Shown one piece after another: positions 10,817 to 18,142 of a DNA stretch of 22,855 nucleotides. Made by a program: the position numbers and the translations under genes. Numbering within the stretch: the stretch's first letter is position 1; every line of letters starts with the position of its first letter. The stretch comes from a candidate division FCPU426 bacterium (GTDB lineage: Bacteria; Oederibacteriota; Muellerivitia; Muellerivitales; Muellerivitaceae): contig CAWHOE010000020.1 of assembly GCA_963830915.1 (NCBI GenBank), positions 1 to 22,855 of the forward strand, given 5' to 3'. A model generated the notes under the pieces. It did no database searches, was not told where the DNA came from, and saw only the letters and a list, made by a program, of their open reading frames with translations.

Positions 10817-11410
10817 TCAAAGCGAACATTTGATACCAGCCAAGATAGGGAGATAGATATTAGCCCTAGAGAAGCCCTTATCAGGGTTTATAGAATCGTC
10901 AAATTCGCCCCAAGAAATATATGATTTTGTTTCCAAGAACACATCGAAACCCCGAGTCAGGACAAAATTTGCCCCGACCCCGATCTGGGAACCTGGCCTG
11001 ACGTAACTGTTTTTCAGGAAATCGAGTCCCAACCCGAAATAGGCGTAGGGTTGGAAAAGATCATCGACCAGAAAGTTGTACTGGCCATTCACCATGATGG
11101 GCACTTCATCCGTTAGCCATTCCCCGCTGAGGAAATAGGAGAAATGGTCCCCGCAATCCAACCCCAGGGCGAGCGTACCGGCAAAATCGTTAAAAGCGCC
11201 AGTCGTCGTATCCACTTCGGAAGTTATACCATTGATGGCGGGGCGATCGAATTTTGTGAAAGTCCATTCTGAAAAATAGGACCCAGCGCCCGCTTTGATG
11301 AAAAAAGCGTCCTTGGAAACCACTTTCGACATATCGGTGGATTGGCCAAAGGCGGGGTAACCGAGCGAGAATGAGACCAAAACGAGCATAAACTTCAGGA
11401 ATATTTTCAT
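10817..11410 (-). CDS. Small outer-membrane beta-barrel protein (OmpW/OmpA-barrel-like)
   Basis: Signal peptide, PYAYFGLGL and QIGVGANF strands, C-terminal LAGIKCSL, and GAGGTGA upstream. Confidence 0.7.
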   Translation of the reverse strand: MKIFLKFMLVLVSFSLGYPAFGQSTDMSKVVSKDAFFIKAGAGSYFSEWTFTKFDRPAINGITSEVDTTTGAFNDFAGTLALGLDCGDHFSYFLSGEWLTDEVPIMVNGQYNFLVDDLFQPYAYFGLGLDFLKNSYVRPGSQIGVGANFVLTRGFDVFLETKSYISWGEFDDSINPDKGFSRANIYLPILAGIKCSL

Positions 11411-11668
11411 TTCTTCACCTCAATTTTTAAAATACATACAAAACATATCAATCCCTATTTTCCTCCCTTTTTCGACAGAAGTCATCCCATCAGCGATATA
11501 CCCGGGCGACATCCTTGATTCCGGAAGGTTCATAAGTTAAGACGTCCATCCATTGGTAAAAGTGCGTGAATATCTCTAAGAAATATGCCCAATAAAAATA
11601 CAGGAATTGAACATTTTCAAAAGATGACTCGAGGCATTGATTGGATTAGATTTAAAAGGAGAGCTTGG

Positions 11669-12071
11669 TTATTCCCACTCGATCGTGCCGGGAGCTTTGC
11701 TTGTTAAGTACAGATTTGATTATGCCTTCGGCTTTAGAGGATATCTGCACAATCACGAGTTACTCCCATTCTATAGTTCCAGGAGGTTTACTCGTGATGT
11801 ACTGATCCTTTATTTCCTTCGACGATCAAGGAAATCAGCACAATTACCAGCTACTCCCATTCAATTGTACCTGGTGGTTTGCTGGTAATGCACTGATCCT
11901 TTATTGCCTTCGGCGGTCATGGAGATCAGCACGATCACGAGTTATTCCCATTCTATAGTTCCGGGAGGTTTACTCGTGATGTACTGATCCTTTATTTCCT
12001 TCGACGATCAAGGAAATCAGCACAATTACCAGCTACTCCCATTCAATTGTACCTGGTGGTTTGCTGGTAAT
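11669..12071 (-). repeat. Tandem array with 91-bp period: five guaA 3'-end copies (39 bp) separated by four 52-bp structured spacers
   Basis: Tails at 12033-12071 (in guaA), 11942-11980, 11851-11889, 11760-11798 and 11669-11707. Spacers at 11981-12032, 11890-11941, 11799-11850 and 11708-11759. Tails 1-4 encode ITSKPPGTIEWE*, and tail 5 encodes LTSKAPGTIEWE*. Confidence 0.97.
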
Positions 12072-13583
12072 GTCATAAACAACCCTGTTGACCCCCCGCA
12101 CCTCATTGATGATGCGGTTGGACATTTTGCCCAAAAGGTCGTAAGGCAGTTTGACCCAATCGGCCGTCATGCCGTCGGTGGAATGGACCGCCCGGATGAC
12201 GCAGACATTCTCGTAAGTGCGCTCGTCTCCCATGACCCCGACCGACTTGACGGGAGTGAGCACGGCGAAGGACTGCCAGATGGCGTTATAAAGCCCGGCG
12301 GAACGGATCTCTTCCTGCACGACCGCGTCCGCCAGGCGGAGCACATCCAGCCTCTCGCGGGTGAGGGGACCCAACAGCCTGACCGCCAGGCCGGGACCGG
12401 GGAAGGGTTGGCGTCCGATGAGTTCCTGGGGGATTCCCAGTCTTTTGCCCAGTTCCCTGACCTCGTCCTTGAATAACTCCCGTAAGGGCTCGACCAGCTT
12501 GAAACGCATGCGTTTGGGCAGTCCGCCCACATTATGGTGGCTCTTGATGGTGGCCGAAGGTCCCTTGACCGACACGCTCTCGATGACGTCCGGATAGAGG
12601 GTTCCCTGGGCGAGGAAATCAAAGGGCCCCCTTTTCTTTTCCAGTTCCTTGGCTTTCTTCTCGAAGACCCGGATGAAGGTCCGGCCGATGATCTTTCGTT
12701 TTTTCTCAGGCTCGCTCACGCCCTTCAACAGTCCCAGGAATTGGTCCTCGGCGTCCACGTAGTGGAGCGGAATGCCCATCTTACCTTTGAAGGCCTTCAG
12801 GACCTGGGGCCCCTCGTTGAGCCTCAAGACCCCGTTGTTCACGAACACGCAGGAAAGCTGGGAACCGATGGCCCGATGGATGAGGGCGGCGGTGACGGTG
12901 GAATCCACCCCGCCGGAAACCCCGCAAAGCACCCGGCCCTTCCCCACCTGTTGGCGGATCTGGGCGACGGCGGTCTTTTCATAAGCCTGCATGTTCCAGG
13001 TAGCCTTGCACCCGCAGACCTTCTTCACGAAATTCTCCAGGACCTTGGTGCCCTTCTCGGTATGGACCACTTCCGGGTGGAACTGGATGCCATATATTCT
13101 CTTGGTCTCATGGACCGCGGCGGCTAAATGGCAATTGGCGGTGGAAGCCAGGGTACGGAATCCCTTCGGCAGGCTGGTCACATGGTCCCCGTGGCTCATC
13201 CAGACCTTCAGGCTGTTAGGCAGGCCCTGAAAGAGGTTCTTATGGTCTTTGATCTTAAGGGCCGCCAGGCCGAATTCCCGTTTGTGGGCCTTCTGCACAT
13301 TGCCCCCCAAGAGATGGGAGATGAGCTGGATGCCGTAACAGATGCCCAGGATGGGGATGCCTTGTGAGAAGACGGCCGCCTCGATGTGAGGCGCGCCTTT
13401 GGCGTAAACGCTGGAAGGCCCGCCGGAAAGGATGATGCCTTTGGGGTTCTTGGAAAGGATCTGGGAAAGGGGAGCGGAATAAGGAAGGATCTCGCAGTAG
13501 ACGTTGCACTCGCGCACCCGTCGCGCGATCAGCTGGCTATATTGAGCCCCAAAATCCAGGACGATGATCGTGTCGTGTCGCAA
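12033..13583 (-). CDS. guaA: GMP synthase (glutamine-hydrolysing)
   Basis: LDFGAQYSQLIARRVRE, GICYG catalytic Cys, QFHPEV, SGGVDS PP-loop, IKSHHNVGG and C-terminal YDITSKPPGTIEWE. TTG start. Confidence 0.99.
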   Translation of the reverse strand: MRHDTIIVLDFGAQYSQLIARRVRECNVYCEILPYSAPLSQILSKNPKGIILSGGPSSVYAKGAPHIEAAVFSQGIPILGICYGIQLISHLLGGNVQKAHKREFGLAALKIKDHKNLFQGLPNSLKVWMSHGDHVTSLPKGFRTLASTANCHLAAAVHETKRIYGIQFHPEVVHTEKGTKVLENFVKKVCGCKATWNMQAYEKTAVAQIRQQVGKGRVLCGVSGGVDSTVTAALIHRAIGSQLSCVFVNNGVLRLNEGPQVLKAFKGKMGIPLHYVDAEDQFLGLLKGVSEPEKKRKIIGRTFIRVFEKKAKELEKKRGPFDFLAQGTLYPDVIESVSVKGPSATIKSHHNVGGLPKRMRFKLVEPLRELFKDEVRELGKRLGIPQELIGRQPFPGPGLAVRLLGPLTRERLDVLRLADAVVQEEIRSAGLYNAIWQSFAVLTPVKSVGVMGDERTYENVCVIRAVHSTDGMTADWVKLPYDLLGKMSNRIINEVRGVNRVVYDITSKPPGTIEWE

Positions 13584-13618
13584 CCAATACTCCAGGGTTT
13601 ATTTTCTAACAACCATTG

Positions 13619-13870
13619 AACCACCATGCCGACCTTCAATAAAACCATTCATCGAGGTCGGTATAGTACCGATTTCTAATAATTTATTTTATTAGATAAT
13701 CAGCACAAGTTCACCAAGAGCACCAAGAAAGACAAAAAATAAATTTCGGGCTAAGGCTTTAACAAACTTTGATTTACAGTTTTCGCCACCCAAAACAAAT
13801 AGGTTTTTTTATTCGTCGTTCTTTTCTAATGTTTACGGTGTTCTTGGTGAACTTGGTGCCCTTGGTGGTA
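13619..13870. repeat. Palindromic intergenic element with arms built of 9-bp CACCAAGNN repeats; left arm interrupted
   Basis: With 13626-13706 removed, the left arm reads AACCACC|AAGTTCACCAAGAGCACCAAG. The reverse complement of the right arm (13837-13870) is TACCACCAAGGGCACCAAGTTCACCAAGAACACC. The core is AT-rich. Confidence 0.8.
13626..13706 (+). mobile_element. 81-bp double-hairpin mini-element, copy 1
   Basis: ATGCCGACCT-19nt-AGGTCGGTAT A GTACCGAT-25nt-ATCAGCAC. Two related copies occur in the window. Mobility is inferred from interruption of a repeat arm. Confidence 0.65.
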
Positions 13871-13885
13871 AAAATTTTTTTGTCT

Positions 13886-14176
13886 TTAGTCGAAGTTGCC
13901 GTAAAAGGCTTTCAAGATATGGGGCCGGAGGGCCGATTCGACTTTGCCGCCCTCTTTCAAACGCTCCGCCGAGGCTTTCTCGCTGGCCTTGAAGTTCTCG
14001 ATGCTGTCGTATTCCGCGTAGGCCAGGAAGGTATCATCGTTATCCAGGGCTTTTCGGAAATAGGCCTTCAAACATCCCTTGTTCTTTTTTTCCTTCTCGA
14101 TATATTCGCTCAGGATCTTGATGACATCGGCGTCGTGGCCTTTGCGGATGGAGATGACGGCTATGGATTGGATCAT
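13886..14176 (-). CDS. Antibiotic biosynthesis monooxygenase (ABM)-family / dimeric alpha-beta barrel protein
   Basis: 96 aa with the pattern E..KGCL....K....D.FL.Y.EYDS.E.FKA typical of ABM domains. AAGGAGA RBS, lying between guaB and guaA. Confidence 0.7.
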   Translation of the reverse strand: MIQSIAVISIRKGHDADVIKILSEYIEKEKKNKGCLKAYFRKALDNDDTFLAYAEYDSIENFKASEKASAERLKEGGKVESALRPHILKAFYGNFD

Positions 14177-14197
14177 GGTATGTCTCCTTGCCTGGGG

Positions 14198-15694
<1,497 letters not shown>

Positions 15695-15768
15695 CTAATA
15701 TAAACGTAACCATGAGGGGTGTCAAGGAACAGCCACCGCCAAAGGCCAAGACTTCTATAGCCACAGAT

Positions 15769-15853
15769 TTGCCGATGCTCTATTGAAGAAATAGAGATTA
15801 TAGAAATCGGTGCTATACCGACCTCAATTTAAGACTTATTGAAGGGTCGGCAT
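15769..15853 (-). mobile_element. 85-bp double-hairpin mini-element, copy 2
   Basis: Reverse complement: ATGCCGACCC-19nt-AGGTCGGTAT A GCACCGAT-29nt-ATCGGCAA. Confidence 0.65.
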
Positions 15854-16030
15854 GCATGGGATGTATGGGATAAAACAATAATCTTCCCGTTTTGAATACC
15901 TCAAACATCAACCAAACAAAATCCCGACTTTAACCACAGATGCAAACAGATAAACACAGATAAAGAACAAAAATTAATTGGATAAAACAGATTCTTATTT
16001 ATGTTTTGATCAATCTCATGAATCCCACGC

Positions 16031-16108
16031 ATGCCGGCCTTCTATAAAGCTAATAAAGAGGCCGGTATAGTACCGATATCTTTGGATTGGTTTTTGGAAA
16101 ATCGGCAC
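16031..16108 (+). mobile_element. 78-bp double-hairpin mini-element, copy 3
   Basis: ATGCCGGCCT-18nt-AGGCCGGTAT A GTACCGAT-23nt-ATCGGCAC. Shows a compensatory A-T to G-C pair in stem 1 relative to copy 1. Confidence 0.65.
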
Positions 16109-16154
16109 ATCTGTGGCAAATATTAGTTTTGTCAGTAGCTGGGATTAGGCGGGA

Positions 16155-17657
16155 TCAATTCCAGAGAGCGAAGTCGGCCTGGTAGCCTTGGATTCCCTTC
16201 TTGACCAGGAACCACCTCACATGATCGGAGAAAACCGCCATGAAACGGTTCTCGCCCATGGTGGAAACTTCCCAATCCTTGTCCTGCTCCAGTTTCTGGA
16301 CCTTCTGCACATGCTTGATGTAGAGCTGGTCAGGCGTGTCATTGGGATAGAATTCGCTTTGCAGGAAGTCTGAATCCTGATTGGTGCCCTGCCAGGCGTT
16401 GGTGGAGACCCAAACCCCGTTAGTGAAGACCGTCACGAAGGAAAGATGGGGTGTGATCTGCCCCGGAGTTTTGAGCACCTCTGAATAGGTACCCACATCG
16501 CTCTTCATGCCGATATCGAAGAAGTTGGGCGAGGGCAGTTGGGGTACAGTCATTTGGATGATCGGCGAGAACCCCAGAGTTTGGAGATGGCCCTGGATAT
16601 CCGTATAAGTGGTGATGTCCATTTCCCCGATCTGGTTGGCACCCACCAGGATGAGATGGACCGGCGGGATGGCAGAGACCAAGTTGACCGGCTTCTGGTT
16701 CACCAGAGCGGTGACACCAGCGATGGCGCTAATGATCAAAAGGGCCACGATAACCAACAGGGCATAGGTAGGTATCTTCAGCTTTTTGGCATGGGGGTCG
16801 AATATCTCAAAGGAACGGCGCAAGAGGTACTTGGACCAGATCTTGGCCTGGATGTAGTAATGGTGTGCCTTGGAGGCCTTCGGGGCGTCAGGGATTCCCG
16901 CTGGGTTCAAGGGACTGTGTGAGGCTTCACCCGCGGGATGGTCAGCGCTGTGGGCTGGGGGAAAGGGCGGCCTGGGAGGCTGAGGATCGTGAATCATCTT
17001 GTCTAGGTCCAGGGGTATTGGGACGGATGGGCTGAGAGTGGGAGCTTTCAAGGGTGGCGATTCCAGTTTGATGGGCGGAGGCGCGCTCAAGGTCGGCGGT
17101 GTCAGGGTCGGCGGTGTCAGGGTCGGCGGTGTCAGGGTAGCCGTCAGGTCCGGCATGGGCGGTTTGGGAGTGGGCGGGTCCAATTTCGGGGCGGACACCG
17201 GACCGCCAAAGAGACCCAGAGGATCGTCATCCATACCTCCCATGTTCTTGAAATTCAGGGGTGAGGCATTGGACTTGGGGACGGCTGGCGTAGGGGTCGG
17301 CATAGCCGGTTTCGGGGTTGGCGCGGGCATAGGCGGTTTAGAGGTAGCGGCGAAAGCCTCAAAGGGGTCTACCTTACTGGAAGCCACTGGCGGCGGGGCG
17401 GAAGGTTCGGGGTTCGGGGGTTTGGGAGTCGGCGTCGGCATGGGAGGCTTGCCGGTCGCGGCAAAAGCCTCGAAGGGATCGGCCTTGGTGGGAACCCCCG
17501 GTTTAGCCGCGTCCTTGGATTTCTTGACCCGGCAATTCTCACAGCAGGGCGCGCCCATTTCCACATCCAGGCAATTGGCGCAAAAGGATTGATTGCACCG
17601 GGAACAAAAGCCGACGGCCTTTCGGCCGGGATGATTCAAACAAAAGGTTTCCGGCAT
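16155..17657 (-). CDS. Membrane protein with N-terminal B-box-like zinc finger, Pro-rich linker, one TM helix and an unknown C-terminal domain
   Basis: CLNHPGRKAVGFCSRCNQSFCANCL...CCENC, ~210 aa Pro-rich linker, TM segment ALLVIVALLIISAIAGVTALV. Confidence 0.8.
   Translation of the reverse strand: MPETFCLNHPGRKAVGFCSRCNQSFCANCLDVEMGAPCCENCRVKKSKDAAKPGVPTKADPFEAFAATGKPPMPTPTPKPPNPEPSAPPPVASSKVDPFEAFAATSKPPMPAPTPKPAMPTPTPAVPKSNASPLNFKNMGGMDDDPLGLFGGPVSAPKLDPPTPKPPMPDLTATLTPPTLTPPTLTPPTLSAPPPIKLESPPLKAPTLSPSVPIPLDLDKMIHDPQPPRPPFPPAHSADHPAGEASHSPLNPAGIPDAPKASKAHHYYIQAKIWSKYLLRRSFEIFDPHAKKLKIPTYALLVIVALLIISAIAGVTALVNQKPVNLVSAIPPVHLILVGANQIGEMDITTYTDIQGHLQTLGFSPIIQMTVPQLPSPNFFDIGMKSDVGTYSEVLKTPGQITPHLSFVTVFTNGVWVSTNAWQGTNQDSDFLQSEFYPNDTPDQLYIKHVQKVQKLEQDKDWEVSTMGENRFMAVFSDHVRWFLVKKGIQGYQADFALWN
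17091..17135. repeat. Three perfect 15-bp tandem repeats encoding LTPPT
   Basis: GGTCGGCGGTGTCAG x3. Confidence 0.9.
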
Positions 17658-17661
17658 TCCC

Positions 17662-18063
17662 TCAGCCTTTCCCCGCTGAATTCCTCAAAGCGATCAGGTC
17701 CATCTCCAGCGCCGCCCCTTTGGGAAGGGCGGCCACTTGAACCACCGAACGGGCTGGCGGTTCGCTCGAGAACCGGCGGGCCATGACCCGGTTCAAGATG
17801 TCGAAGTTCCTCAGGTCGGTCAGGAAAACCGTCAGCTTGACCGTTTGGTCCAGGGAGGAATCGGATTCCTTCAGGACAGCGTCCAAGTTGTCCAGGACCC
17901 TGGTCGTTTGCGCTTCCAGGTCCCCGTCCACCAGCAGACCCGTCTCCGGGTCCAAAGGGATCTGGCCGGAACAATAGACCATGTCCCCCGCGATCACGGC
18001 TTGGGAGTAGGGCCCGATGGGCTGGGGGGCCTTGGAGGATAGTACCGTTTTGCGTTTAACCAT
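17662..18063 (-). CDS. ridA: RidA/YjgF family enamine/imine deaminase
   Basis: APQPIGPYSQA, SGQIPLDP, PPARSVVQVAALPKGAALE. Confidence 0.93.
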   Translation of the reverse strand: MVKRKTVLSSKAPQPIGPYSQAVIAGDMVYCSGQIPLDPETGLLVDGDLEAQTTRVLDNLDAVLKESDSSLDQTVKLTVFLTDLRNFDILNRVMARRFSSEPPARSVVQVAALPKGAALEMDLIALRNSAGKG

Positions 18064-18108
18064 TTTAGGTTCCCTTTCCTAAACAGGCAATGAACTATCG
18101 TGTTAATA

Positions 18109-18131
18109 CTCGCTCCTCCAAAAGGAGCGAG
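18109..18131. terminator. GC-rich hairpin just after the rel stop (possible terminator or processing stem)
   Basis: CTCGCTCCT-CCAAA-AGGAGCGAG. No clear U-tract on the - strand. Confidence 0.4.
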
Positions 18132-18142
18132 ACAAAAAGGAC

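Larger units (their letters stand above)
15760..16117. repeat. Palindromic intergenic element with 9-bp-repeat arms (GCCACAGAT-GCRTGGGAT-...); both arms interrupted; solo CACAGAT-repeat arm inside (15934-15961)
   Basis: Left arm: GCCACAGAT|GCATGGGAT GTATGGGAT. Right arm reverse complement: GCCACAGAT|GCGTGGGAT TCATGAGAT. Confidence 0.8.

Noticed and set aside
786..11410. Integron cassette array or guaA-integrated genomic island
   Set aside because: No attC-like repeats between the genes, no integrase, and no further guaA tail copy at the far side within the window.
11450..11560. Possible riboswitch upstream of the 10817-11410 gene, and a purine riboswitch near guaA/guaB
   Set aside because: I could not match the consensus cores of purine, ZTP, fluoride, TPP or c-di-GMP riboswitches by eye. 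An Rfam scan would settle it.
11637..11888. 83-aa + strand ORF across the array
   Set aside because: It is the antisense reading of the repeats. The 91-bp period shifts frame every unit, so no coherent protein is conserved.
11708..12032. Stop-codon readthrough peptide (LVIVLISLIVEGNKGSV / LVIVLISMTAEGNKGSV / LVIVQISSKAEGIIKSV) after each tail
   Set aside because: Part of the apparent synonymous pattern is forced by base-pairing to the tail, and the remaining changes include many non-synonymous ones. The evidence is too weak, though not formally excluded.
11669..12071. CRISPR array interpretation of the 91-bp periodic region
   Set aside because: Both alternating segments are homologous between units (no unique spacers), the would-be repeats are degenerate, and no cas genes are in the window.
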